Assembly (NCBI GenBank): GCA_032718475.1
Contig: JAUCBJ010006537.1
Coordinates: forward strand, 59,741-123,740
From: Nemertoderma westbladi
Lineage: Eukaryota; Animalia; Xenacoelomorpha
Reading direction: 5' to 3'
DNA: 64,000 nt
Shown here: in pieces, positions 38,601 to 53,600 of the stretch
How the letters are laid out: every line of letters starts with the position of its first letter
How positions within the stretch are numbered: position 1 is the stretch's first letter
Made by a program: the position numbers and the translations under genes
Notes under the pieces: model-generated
What the model saw: the letters and a program-made list of their open reading frames with translations, nothing else
What the model was told of the DNA's origin: nothing
Database searches by the model: none

Positions 38601-41600
38601 AGAGAAAAATAGTTATTGCATACGGAATAGCCATACAACTGTGAAAGTGAAAGTTAGTTATTGCATACGGAATAGCCATACAACTGTGAAAGAGAAAGTT
38701 AGTTATTGCATAATGAATAGCCATACAACTGTGAAAGAGAAAAATAGTTATTGCATACGGAATAGTCATACATACAACTGTGAAAGTGAAAGTTAGTTAT
38801 TGCATACGGAATAGCCATACAACTGTGAAAGAGAAAAATAGTTATTGCATACGGAATAGCCATACATACAACTGTGAAAGTGAAAGTTAGTTATTGCATA
38901 CGGAATAGCCATACAACTGTGAAAGAGAAAAATAGTTATTGCATACGGAATAGCCATACATACAACTGTGAAAGTGAAAGTTAGTTATTGCATACGGAAT
39001 AGCCATACAACTGTGAAAGAGAAAAATAGTTATTGCATACGGAATAGCCATACAACTGTGAAAGTGAAAGTTAGTTATTGTATACGGAATAGCCATACAA
39101 CTGTGAAAGTGAAAGTTAGTTATTGCATACGGAATAGCCATACAACTGTGAAAGAGAAAAATAGTTATTGCATACGGAATAGCCATACAACTGTGAAAGT
39201 GAAAGTTAGTTATTGCATACGGAATAGCCATACAACTGTGAAAGTGAAAGTTAGTTATTGCATACGGAATAGCCATACAACTGTGAAAGAGAAAAATAGT
39301 TATTGCATACGGAATAGCCATACAACTGTGAAAGTGAAAGTTAGTTATTGCATACGGAATAGCCATACAACTGTGAAAGTGAAAGTTAGTTATTGCATAC
39401 GGAATAGCCATACAACTGTGAAAGTGAAAGTTAGTTATTGCATACGGAATAGCCATACAACTGTGAAAGAGAAAAATAGTTATTGCATACGGAATAGCCA
39501 TACAACTGTGAAAGTGAAAGTTAGTTATTGCATACGGAATAGCCATACAACTGTGAAAGTGAAAGTTAGTTATTGTATACGGAATAGCCATACAACTGTG
39601 AAAGAGAAAAATAGTTATTGCATACGGAATAGCCATACAACTGTGAAAGTGAAAGTTAGTTATTGCATACGGAATAGACATACAACTGTGAAAGAGAAAA
39701 ATAGTTATTGCATACGGAATAGCCATACATACAACTGTGAAAGTGAAAGTTAGTTATTGCATACGGAATAGCCATACAACTGTGAAAGTGAAAGTTAGTT
39801 ATTGCATACGGAATAGACATACAACTGTGAAAGAGAAAAATAGTTATTGCATACGGAATAGCCATACATACAACTGTGAAAGTGAAAGTTAGTTATTGCA
39901 TACGGAATAGCCATACAACTGTGAAAGTGAAAGTTAGTTATTGCATACGGAATAGCCATACAACTGTGAAAGTGAAAGTTAGTTATTGCATACGGAATAG
40001 CCATACAACTGTGAAAGAGAAAAATAGTTATTGCATACGGAATAGCAATACAACTGTGAAAGTGAAAGTTAGTTATTGCATACGGAATAGCCATACAACT
40101 GTGAAAGTGAAAGTTAGTTATTGCATACGGAATAGCCATACAACTGTGAAAGTGAAAGTTAGTTATTGTATACGGAATAGCCATACAACTGTGAAAGAGA
40201 AAAATAGTTATTGCATACGGAATAGCCATACAACTGTGAAAGTGAAAGTTAGTTATTGCATACGGAATAGCCATACAACTGTGAAAGTGAAAGTTAGTTA
40301 TTGCATACGGAATAGCCATACAACTGTGAAAGTGAAAGTTAGTTATTGTATACGGAATAGCCATACAACTGTGAAAGTGAAAGTTAGTTATTACATACGG
40401 AATAGCCATACAACTGTGAAAGTGAAAGTTAGTTATTGCATACGGAATAGCCATACAACTGTGAAAGTGAAAGTTAGTTATTGTATACGGAATAGCCATA
40501 CAACTGTGAAAGAGAAAAATAGTTATTGCATACGGAATAGCCATACAACTGTGAAAGAGAAAAATAGTTATTGCATACGGAATAGCCATACAACTGTGAA
40601 AGTGAAAGTTAGTTATTGCATACGGAATAGCCATACAACTGTGAAAGTGAAAGTTAGTTATTGTATACGGAATAGCCATACAACTGTGAAAGAGAAAAAT
40701 AGTTATTGCATACGGAATAGCCATACAACTGTGAAAGTGAAAGTTAGTTATTGCATACGGAATAGCCATACAACTGTGAAAGTGAAAGTTAGTTATTGCA
40801 TACGGAATAGCCATACAACTGTGAAAGTGAAAGTTAGTTATTGCATACGGAATAGCCATACAACTCTGAAAGTGAAAGTTAGTTATTGCATACGGAATAG
40901 CCATACAACTGTGAAAGTGAAAGTTAGTTATTGTATACGGAATAGCCATACAACTGTGAAAGAGAAAAATAGTTATTGCATACGGAATAGCCATACAACT
41001 GTGAAAGTGAAAGTTAGTTATTGCATACGGAATAGCCATACAACTGTGAAAGTGAAAGTTAGTTATTGCATACGGAATAGCCATACAACTGTGAAAGTGA
41101 AAGTTAGTTATTGCATACGGAATAGCCATACAACTGTGAAAGAGAAAAATAGTTATTGCATACGGAATAGCCATACAACTGTGAAAGTGAAAGTTAGTTA
41201 TTGCATACGGAATAGCCATACAACTGTGAAAGAGAAAAATAGTTATTGCATACGGAATAGCCATACAACTGTGAAAGTGAAAGTTAGTTATTGCATACGG
41301 AATAGCCATACAACTGTGAAAGTGAAAGTTAGTTATTGCATACGGAATAGCCATACAACTGTGAAAGTGAAAGTTAGTTATTGCATACGGAATAGCCATA
41401 CAACTGTGAAAGTGAAAGTTAGTTATTGCATACGGAATAGCCATACAACTGTGAAAGTGAAAGTTAGTTATTGTATACGGAATAGCCATACAACTGTGAA
41501 AGAGAAAAATAGTTATTGCATACGGAATAGCCATACAACTGTGAAAGAGAAAGTTAGTTATTGCATACGGAATAGCCATACAACTGTGAAAGAGAAAGAT

Positions 41601-44600
41601 AGTTATTGCATACGGAATAGCCATACAACTGTGAAAGTGAAAGTTAGTTATTGTATACGGAATAGCCATACAACTGTGAAAGAGAAAAATAGTTATTGCA
41701 TACGGAATAGCCATACAACTGTGAAAGTGAAAGTTAGTTATTGCATACGGAATAGCCATACAACTGTGAAAGTGAAAGTTAGTTATTGCATACGGAATAG
41801 CCATACAACTGTGAAAGTGAAAGTTAGTTATTGCATACGGAATAGCCATACAACTGTGAAAGAGAAAAATAGTTATTGCATACGGAATAGCCATACAACT
41901 GTGAAAGTGAAAGTTAGTTATTGCATACGGAATAGCCATACAACTGTGAAAGTGAAAGTTAGTTATTGCATACGGAATAGCCATACAACTGTGAAAGAGA
42001 AAAATAGTTATTGCATACGGAATAGCCATACAACTGTGAAAGTGAAAGTTAGTTATTGCATACGGAATAGCCATACAACTGTGAAAGTGAAAGTTAGTTA
42101 TTGCATACGGAATAGCCATACAACTGTGAAAGTGAAAGTTAGTTATTGCATACGGAATAGCCATACAACTGTGAAAGTGAAAGTTAGTTATTGCATACGG
42201 AATAGCCATACAACTGTGAAAGTGAAAGTTAGTTATTGCATACGGAATAGCCATACAACTGTGAAAGTGAAAGTTAGTTATTGCATACGGAATAGCCATA
42301 CAACTGTGAAAGTGAAAGTTAGTTATTGCATACGGAATAGCCATACAACTGTGAAAGGTGAAAGTTAGTTATTGCATACGGAATAGCCATACAACTGTGA
42401 AAGAGAAAGTTAGTTATTGCATACGGAATAGCCATACAACTGTGAAAGTGAAAGTTAGTTATTGCATACGGAATAGCCATACAACTGTGAAAGTGAAAGT
42501 TAGTTATTGCATACGGAATAGCCATACAACTGTGAAAGTGAAAGTTAGTTATTGCATACGGAATAGCCATACAACTGTGAAAGTGAAAGTTAGTTATTGC
42601 ATACGGAATAGCCATACAACTGTGAAAGTGAAAGTTAGTTATTGCATACGGAATAGCCATACAACTGTGAAAGTGAAAGTTAGTTATTGCATACGGAATA
42701 GCCATACAACTGTGAAAGTGAAAGTTAGTTATTGCATACGGAATAGCCATACAACTGTGAAAGTGAAAGTTAGTTATTGCATACGGAATAGCCATACAAC
42801 TGTGAAAGTGAAGTTATTGCATACGGAATAGCCATACAACTGTGAAAGTGAAAGTTAGTTATTGCATACGGAATAGCCATACAACTGTGAAAGTGAAAGT
42901 TAGTTATTGCATACGGAATAGCCATACAACTGTGAAAGTGAAAGTTAGTTATTGCATACGGAATAGCCATACAACTGTGAAAGTGAAAGTTAGTTATTGC
43001 ATACGGAATAGCCATACAACTGTGAAAGTGAAAGTTAGTTATTGCATACGGAATAGCCATACAACTGTGAAAGTGAAGTTATTGCATACGGAATAGCCAT
43101 ACAACTGTGAAAGTGAAAGTTAGTTATTGCATACGGAATAGCCATACAACTGTGAAAGTGAAAGTTAGTTATTGCATACGGAATAGCCATACAACTGTGA
43201 AAGTGAAGTTATTGCATACGGAATAGCCATACAACTGTGAAAGTGAAAGTTAGTTATTGCATACGGAATAGCCATACAACTGTGAAAGTGAAAGTTAGTT
43301 ATTGCATACGGAATAGCCATACAACTGTGAAAGTGAAGTTATTGCATACGGAATAGCCATACAACTGTGAAAGTGAAAGTTAGTTATTGCATACGGAATA
43401 GCCATACAACTGTGAAAGTGAAAGTTAGTTATTGCATACGGAATAGCCATACAACTGTGAAAGTGAAAGTTAGTTATTGCATACGGAATAGCCATACAAC
43501 TGTGAAAGTGAAAGTTAGTTATTGCATACGGAATAGCCATACAACTGTGAAAGTGAAGTTAGTATTGCATACGGAATAGCCATACAACTGTGAAAGTGAA
43601 AGTTAGTTATTGCATACGGAATAGCCATACAACTGTGAAAGTGAAAGTTAGTTATTGCATACGGAATAGCCATACAACTGTGAAAGTGAAAGTTAGTTAT
43701 TGCATACGGAATAGCCATACAACTGTGAAAGTGAAAGTTAGTTATTGCATACGGAATAGCCATACAACTGTGAAAGTGAAAGTTAGTTATTGCATACGGA
43801 ATAGCCATACAACTGTGAAAGTGAAAGTTAGTTATTGCATACGGAATAGCCATACAACTGTGAAAGTGAAAGTTAGTTATTGCATACGGAATAGCCATAC
43901 AACTGTGAAAGTGAAAGTTAGTTATTGCATACGGAATAGCCATACAACTGTGAAAGTGAAGTTATTGCATACGGAATAGCCATACAACTGTGAAAGTGAA
44001 AGTTAGTTATTGCATACGGAATAGCCATACAACTGTGAAAGTGAAAGTTAGTTATTGCATACGGAATAGCCATACAACTGTGAAAGTGAAAGTTAGTTAT
44101 TGCATACGGAATAGCCATACAACTGTGAAAGTGAAGTTATTGCATACGGAATAGCCATACAACTGTGAAAGTGAAAGTTAGTTATTGCATACGGAATAGC
44201 CATACAACTGTGAAAGAGAAAGTTAGTTATTGCATACGGAATAGCCATACAACTGTGAAAGTGAAAGTTAGTTATTGCATACGGAATAGCCATACAACTG
44301 TGAAAGTGAAAGTTAGTTATTGCATACGGAATAGCCATACAACTGTGAAAGTGAAGTTATTGCATACGGAATAGCCATACAACTGTGAAAGTGAAAGTTA
44401 GTTATTGCATACGGAATAGCCATACAACTGTGAAAGTGAAAGTTAGTTATTGCATACGGAATAGCCATACAACTGTGAAAGTGAAAGTTAGTTATTGCAT
44501 ACGGAATAGCCATACAACTGTGAAAGTGAAAGTTAGTTATTGTATACGGAATAGCCATACAACTGTGAAAGAGAAAAATAGTTATTGCATACGGAATAGC

Positions 44601-47600
44601 AATACAACTGTGAAAGTGAAAGTTAGTTATTGCATACGGAATAGCCATACAACTGTGAAAGTGAAAGTTAGTTATTGCATACGGAATAGCCATACAACTG
44701 TGAAAGAGAAAGTTAGTTATTGCATACGGAATAGCCATACAACTGTGAAAGAGAAAAATAGTTATTGCATACGGAATAGCCATACAACTGTGAAAGAGAA
44801 AAATAGTTATTGCATACGGAATAGCCATACATACAACTGTGAAAGTGAAAGTTAGTTATTGCATACGGAATAGCCATACAACTGTGAAAGTGAAAGTTAG
44901 TTATTGCATACGGAATAGCCATACAACTGTGAAAGTGAAAGTTAGTTATTGCATACGGAATAGCCATACAACTGTGAAAGTGAAAGTTAGTTATTGTATA
45001 CGGAATAGCCATACAACTGTGAAAGAGAAAAATAGTTATTGTATACGGAATAGCCATACAACTGTGAAAGTGAAAGTTAGTTATTGCATACGGAATAGCC
45101 ATACAACTGTGAAAGAGAAAAATAGTTATTGCATACGGAATAGCAATACAACTGTGAAAGTGAAAGTTAGTTATTGCATACGGAATAGCCATACAACTGT
45201 GAAAGTGAAAGTTAGTTATTGTATACGGAATAGCCATACAACTGTGAAAGAGAAAAATAGTTATTGCATACGGAATAGCAATACAACTGTGAAAGTGAAA
45301 GTTAGTTATTGCATACGGAATAGCCATACAACTGTGAAAGTGAAAGTTAGTTATTGCATACGGAATAGCCATACAACTGTGAAAGTGAAAGTTAGTTATT
45401 GCATACGGAATAGCCATACAACTGTGAAAGTGAAAGTTAGTTATTGCATACGGAATAGCCATACAACTGTGAAAGTGAAAGTTAGTTATTGCATACGGAA
45501 TAGCCATACAACTGTGAAAGTGAGTTATTGCATACGGAATAGCCATACAACTGTGAAAGTGAAAGTTAGTTATTGCATACGGAATAGCCATACAACTGTG
45601 AAAGTGAGTTATTGCATACGGAATAGCCATACAACTGTGAAAGTGAAAGTTAGTTATTGCATACGGAATAGCCATACAACTGTGAAAGTGAAAGTTAGTT
45701 ATTGCATACGGAATAGCCATACAACTGTGAAAGTGAAAGTTAGTTATTGCATACGGAATAGCCATACAACTGTGAAAGTGAAAGTTAGTTATTGTATACG
45801 GAATAGCCATACAACTGTGAAAGAGAAAAATAGTTATTGCATACGGAATAGCAATACAACTGTGAAAGTGAAAGTTAGTTATTGCATACGGAATAGCCAT
45901 ACAACTGTGAAAGTGAAAGTTAGTTATTGCATACGGAATAGCCATACAACTGTGAAAGAGAAAGTTAGTTATTGCATACGGAATAGCCATACAACTGTGA
46001 AAGAGAAAAATAGTTATTGCATACGGAATAGCCATACAACTGTGAAAGAGAAAAATAGTTATTGCATACGGAATAGCCATACATACAACTGTGAAAGTGA
46101 AAGTTAGTTATTGCATACGGAATAGCCATACAACTGTGAAAGTGAAAGTTAGTTATTGCATACGGAATAGCCATACAACTGTGAAAGTGAAAGTTAGTTA
46201 TTGCATACGGAATAGCCATACAACTGTGAAAGTGAAAGTTAGTTATTGCATACGGAATAGCCATACAACTGTGAAAGAGAAAAATAGTTATTGCATACGG
46301 AATAGCAATACAACTGTGAAAGTGAAAGTTAGTTATTGCATACGGAATAGCCATACAACTGTGAAAGTGAAAGTTAGTTATTGCATACGGAATAGCCATA
46401 CATACAACTGTGAAAGTGAAAGTTAGTTATTGCATACGGAATAGCCATACAACTGTGAAAGTGAAAGTTAGTTATTGCATACGGAATAGCCATACAACTG
46501 TGAAAGTGAAAGTTAGTTATTGTATACGGAATAGCCATACAACTGTGAAAGTGAAAGTTAGTTATTGCATACGGAATAGCCATACAACTGTGAAAGAGAA
46601 AAATAGTTATTGCATACGGAATAGCCATACAACTGTGAAAGAGAAAAATAGTTATTGCATACGGAATAGCCATACAACTGTGAAAGTGAAAGTTAGTTAT
46701 TGCATACGGAATAGCCATACAACTCTGAAAGTGAAAGTTAGTTATTGCATACGGAATAGCCATACAACTGTGAAAGAGAAAGTTAGTTATTGCATACGGA
46801 ATAGCCATACAACTGTGAAAGTGAAAGTTAGTTATTGCATACGGAATAGCCATACAACTGTGAAAGTGAAAGTTAGTTATTGCAAACGGAATAGCCATAC
46901 AACTGTGAAAGTGAAAGTTAGTTATTGCATACGGAATAGCCATACAACTGTGAAAGTGAAAGTTAGTTATTGCATACGGAATAGCCATACAACTGTGAAA
47001 GTGAAAGTTAGTTATTGCATACGGAATAGCCATACAACTGTGAAAGTGAAAGTTAGTTATTGCATACGGAATAGCCATACAACTGTGAAAGTGAAAGTTA
47101 GTTATTGCATACGGAATAGCCATACAACTGTGAAAGTGAAAGTTAGTTATTGCAAACGGAATAGCCATACAACTGTGAAAGTGAAAGTTAGTTATTGTAT
47201 ACGGAATAGCCATACAACTGTGAAAGAGAAAAATAGTTATTGCATACGGAATAGCCATACAACTGTGAAAGTGAAAGTTAGTTATTGCATACAGAATAGC
47301 CATACAACTGTGAAAGGTGAAAGTTAGTTATTGCATACGGAATAGCCATACAACTGTGAAAGAGAAAGTTAGTTATTGCATACGGAATAGCCATACAACT
47401 GTGAAAGTGAAAGTTAGTTATTGCATACGGAATAGCCATACAACTGTGAAAGTGAAAGTTAGTTATTGCATACGGAATAGCCATACAACTGTGAAAGTGA
47501 AAGTTAGTTATTGCATACGGAATAGCCATACAACTGTGAAAGAGAAAAATAGTTATTGCATACGGAATAGCCATACAACTGTGAAAGTGAAAGTTAGTTA

Positions 47601-50600
47601 TTGCATACGGAATAGCCATACAACTGTGAAAGTGAAAGTTAGTTATTGCATACGGAATAGCCATACAACTGTGAAAGTGAAAGTTAGTTATTGCATACGG
47701 AATAGCCATACAACTGTGAAAGTGAAAGTTAGTTATTGCAAACGGAATAGCCATACAACTGTGAAAGTGAAAGTTAGTTATTGTATACGGAATAGCCATA
47801 CAACTGTGAAAGAGAAAAATAGTTATTGCATACGGAATAGCCATACAACTGTGAAAGTGAAAGTTAGTTATTGCATACAGAATAGCCATACAACTGTGAA
47901 AGGTGAAAGTTAGTTATTGCATACGGAATAGCCATACAACTGTGAAAGAGAAAGTTAGTTATTGCATACGGAATAGCCATACAACTGTGAAAGTGAAAGT
48001 TAGTTATTGCATACGGAATAGCCATACAACTGTGAAAGTGAAAGTTAGTTATTGCATACGGAATAGCCATACAACTGTGAAAGTGAAAGTTAGTTATTGC
48101 ATACGGAATAGCCATACAACTGTGAAAGAGAAAAATAGTTATTGCATACGGAATAGCAATACAACTGTGAAAGTGAAAGTTAGTTATTGCATACGGAATA
48201 GCCATACAACTGTGAAAGTGAAAGTTAGTTATTGCATACGGAATAGCCATACAACTGTGAAAGTGAAAGTTAGTTATTGCATACGGAATAGCCATACAAC
48301 TGTGAAAGAGAAAAATAGTTATTGCATACGGAATAGCCATACATACAACTGTGAAAGTGAAAGTTAGTTATTGCATACGGAATAGCCATACAACTGTGAA
48401 AGAGAAAAATAGTTATTGCATACGGAATAGCCATACAACTGTGAAAGTGAAAGTTAGTTATTGCATACGGAATAGCCATACAACTGTGAAAGTGAAAGTT
48501 AGTTATTGTATACGGAATAGAAATACAACTGTGAAAGAGAAAAATAGTTATTGCATACGGAATAGCCATACAACTGTGAAAGTGAAAGTTAGTTATTGCA
48601 TACGGAATAGCCATACAACTGTGAAAGTGAAAGTTAGTTATTGCATACGGAATAGCCATACAACTGTGAAAGTGAAAGTTAGTTATTGCATACGGAATAG
48701 CCATACAACTGTGAAAGTGAAAGTTAGTTATTGCATACGGAATAGCCATACAACTGTGAAAGAGAAAAATAGTTATTGCATACGGAATAGCCATACAACT
48801 GTGAAAGTGAAAGTTAGTTATTGCATACGGAATAGCCATACAACTGTGAAAGTGAAAGTTAGTTATTGCATACGGAATAGCCATACAACTGTGAAAGTGA
48901 AAGTTAGTTATTGCATACGGAATAGCCATACAACTGTGAAAGAGAAAAATAGTTATTGCATACGGAATAGCCATACAACTGTGAAAGTGAAAGTTAGTTA
49001 TTGCATACGGAATAGCCATACAACTGTGAAAGTGAAAGTTAGTTATTGCATACGGAATAGCCATACAACTGTGAAAGTGAAAGTTAGTTATTGCATACGG
49101 AATAGCCATACAACTGTGAAAGAGAAAAATAGTTATTGCATACGGAATAGCAATACAACTGTGAAAGTGAAAGTTAGTTATTGCATACGGAATAGCCATA
49201 CAACTGTGAAAGAGAAAAATAGTTATTGCATACGGAATAGCAATACAACTGTGAAAGTGAAAGTTAGTTATTGCATACGGAATAGCCATACAACTGTGAA
49301 AGTGAAAGTTAGTTATTGCATACGGAATAGCCATACAACTGTGAAAGTGAAAGTTAGTTATTGCATACGGAATAGCCATACAACTGTGAAAGTGAAAGTT
49401 AGTTATTGCATACGGAATAGCCATACAACTGTGAAAGAGAAAAATAGTTATTGCATACGGAATAGCAATACAACTGTGAAAGTGAAAGTTAGTTATTGCA
49501 TACGGAATAGCCATACAACTGTGAAAGTGAAAGTTAGTTATTGCATACGGAATAGCCATACAACTGTGAAAGTGAAAGTTAGTTATTGTATACGGAATAG
49601 CCATACAACTGTGAAAGAGAAAAATAGTTATTGCATACGGAATAGCCATACAACTGTGAAAGTGAAAGTTAGTTATTGCATACGGAATAGCCATACAACT
49701 GTGAAAGTGAAAGTTAGTTATTGCATACGGAATAGCCATACAACTGTGAAAGTGAAAGTTAGTTATTGCATACGGAATAGCCATACAACTGTGAAAGAGA
49801 AAAATAGTTATTGCATACGGAATAGCAATACAACTGTGAAAGTGAAAGTTAGTTATTGCATACGGAATAGCCATACAACTGTGAAAGTGAAAGTTAGTTA
49901 TTGCATACGGAATAGCCATACAACTGTGAAAGTGAAAGTTAGTTATTGTATACGGAATAGCCATACAACTGTGAAAGAGAAAAATAGTTATTGCATACGG
50001 AATAGCCATACAACTGTGAAAGTGAAAGTTAGTTATTGCATACAGAATAGCCATACAACTGTGAAAGGTGAAAGTTAGTTATTGCATACGGAATAGCCAT
50101 ACAACTGTGAAAGAGAAAGTTAGTTATTGCATACGGAATAGCCATACAACTGTGAAAGTGAAAGTTAGTTATTGCATACGGAATAGCCATACAACTGTGA
50201 AAGTGAAAGTTAGTTATTGCATACGGAATAGCCATACAACTGTGAAAGTGAAAGTTAGTTATTGCATACGGAATAGCCATACAACTGTGAAAGAGAAAAA
50301 TAGTTATTGCATACGGAATAGCCATACAACTGTGAAAGTGAAAGTTAGTTATTGCATACGGAATAGCCATACAACTGTGAAAGAGAAAAATAGTTATTGC
50401 ATACGGAATAGCCATACAACTGTGAAAGTGAAAGTTAGTTATTGCATACGGAATAGCCATACAACTGTGAAAGAGAAAAATAGTTATTGCATACGGAATA
50501 GCCATACAACTGTGAAAGTGAAAGTTAGTTATTGCATACGGAATAGCCATACAACTGTGAAAGAGAAAAATAGTTATTGCATACGGAATAGCCATACAAC

Positions 50601-53600
50601 TGTGAAAGTGAAAGTTAGTTATTGCATACGGAATAGCCATACAACTGTGAAAGTGAAAGTTAGTTATTGCATACGGAATAGCCATACAACTGTGAAAGTG
50701 AAAGTTAGTTATTGCATACGGAATAGCCATACAACTGTGAAAGTGAAAGTTAGTTATTGCATACGGAATAGCCATACAACTGTGAAAGTGAAAGTTAGTT
50801 ATTGCATACGGAATAGCCATACAACTGTGAAAGAGAAAGTTAGTTATTGCATACGGAATAGCCATACAACTGTGAAAGTGAAAGTTAGTTATTGCATACG
50901 GAATAGCCATACAACTGTGAAAGAGAAAAATAGTTATTGCATACGGAATAGCCATACAACTGTGAAAGTGAAAGTTAGTTATTGCATACGGAATAGCCAT
51001 ACAACTGTGAAAGAGAAAGTTAGTTATTGCATACGGAATAGCCATACAACTGTGAAAGTGAAAGTTAGTTATTGCATACGGAATAGCCATACAACTGTGA
51101 AAGTGAAAGTTAGTTATTGCATACGGAATAGCCATACAACTGTGAAAGAGAAAGTTAGTTATTGCATACGGAATAGCCATACAACTGTGAAAGTGAAAGT
51201 TAGTTATTGCATACGGAATAGCCATACAACTGTGAAAGAGAAAAATAGTTATTGCATACGGAATAGCCATACAACTGTGAAAGTGAAAGTTAGTTATTGC
51301 ATACGGAATAGCCATACAACTGTGAAAGAGAAAGTTAGTTATTGCATACGGAATAGCCATACAACTGTGAAAGTGAAAGTTAGTTATTGCATACGGAATA
51401 GCCATACAACTGTGAAAGTGAAAGTTAGTTATTGCATACGGAATAGCCATACAACTGTGAAAGAGAAAAATAGTTATTGCATACGGAATAGCCATACAAC
51501 TGTGAAAGAGAAAAATAGTTATTGCATACGGAATAGCCATACAACTGTGAAAGTGAAAGTTAGTTATTGCATACGGAATAGCCATACAACTGTGAAAGTG
51601 AAAGTTAGTTATTGCATACGGAATAGCCATACAACTGTGAAAGAGAAAAATAGTTATTGCATACGGAATAGCCATACAACTGTGAAAGTGAAAGTTAGTT
51701 ATTGCATACGGAATAGCCATACATACAACTGTGAAAGAGAAAAATAGTTATTGCATACGGAATAGCCATACATACAACTGTGAAAGAGAAAAATAGTTAT
51801 TGCATACGGAATAGCCATACAACTGTGAAAGTGAAAGTTAGTTATTGCATACGGAATAGCCATACAACTGTGAAAGTGAAAGTTAGTTATTGCATACGGA
51901 ATAGCCATACAACTGTGAAAGTGAAAGTTAGTTATTGCATACGGAATAGCCATACAACTGTGAAAGTGAAAGTTAGTTATTGCATACGGAATAGCCATAC
52001 AACTGTGAAAGAGAAAAATAGTTATTGCATACGGAATAGCCATACAACTGTGAAAGTGAAAGTTAGTTATTGCATACGGAATAGCCATACAACTGTGAAA
52101 GAGAAAAATAGTTATTGCATACGGAATAGCCATACAACTGTGAAAGTGAAAAGTTAGTTATTGCATACGGAATAGCCATACAACTGTGAAAGTGAAAGAT
52201 AGTTATTGCATACGGAATAGCCATACAACTGTGAAAGTGAAAGTTAGTTATTGCATACGGAATAGCCATACAACTGTGAAAGTGAAAGTTAGTTATTGCA
52301 TACGGAATAGCCATACAACTGTGAAAGAGAAAAATAGTTATTGCATACGGAATAGCCATACAACTGTGAAAGTGAAAGTTAGTTATTGCATACGGAATAG
52401 CCATACAACTGTGAAAGTGAAAGTTAGTTATTGCATACGGAATAGCCATACAACTGTGAAAGTGAAAGTTAGTTATTGCATACGGAATAGCCATACAACT
52501 GTGAAAGAGAAAAATAGTTATTGCATACGGAATAGCCATACAACTGTGAAAGTGAAAGTTAGTTATTGCATACGGAATAGCCATACATACAACTGTGAAA
52601 GTGAAAGTTAGTTATTGCATACGGAATAGCCATACAACTGTGAAAGAGAAAAATAGTTATTGCATACGGAATAGCCATACAACTGTGAAAGTGAAAGTTA
52701 GTTATTGCATACGGAATAGCCATACAACTGTGAAAGTGAAAGTTAGTTATTGCATACGGAATAGCCATACAACTGTGAAAGAGAAAAATAGTTATTGCAT
52801 ACGGAATAGCCATACAACTGTGAAAGTGAAAGTTAGTTATTGCATACGGAATAGCCATACAACTGTGAAAGTGAAAGTTAGTTATTGCATACGGAATAGC
52901 CATACAACTGTGAAAGTGAAAGTTAGTTATTGCATACGGAATAGCCATACAACTGTGAAAGAGAAAAATAGTTATTGCATACGGAATAGCCATACAACTG
53001 TGAAAGTGAAAGTTAGTTATTGCATACGGAATAGCCATACAACTGTGAAAGAGAAAAATAGTTATTGCATACAGAATAGCCATACAACTGTGAAAGTGAA
53101 AGTTAGTTATTGCATACGGAATAGCCATACAACTGTGAAAGAGAAAAATAGTTATTGCATACAGAATAGCCATACAACTGTGAAAGTGAAAGTTAGTTAT
53201 TGCATACGGAATAGCCATACATACAACTGTGAAAGTGAAAGTTAGTTATTGCATACGGAATAGCCATACAACTGTGAAAGTGAAAGTTAGTTATTGCATA
53301 CGGAATAGCCATACAACTGTGAAAGAGAAAAATAGTTATTGCATACAGAATAGCCATACAACTGTGAAAGTGAAAGTTAGTTATTGCATACGGAATAGCC
53401 ATACAACTGTGAAAGAGAAAAATAGTTATTGCATACGGAATAGCCATACAACTGTGAAAGTGAAAGTTAGTTATTGCATACGGAATAGCCATACAACTGT
53501 GAAAGAGAAAAATAGTTATTGCATACGGAATAGCCATACAACTGTGAAAGTGAAAGTTAGTTATTGCATACGGAATAGCCATACAACTGTGAAAGAGAAA

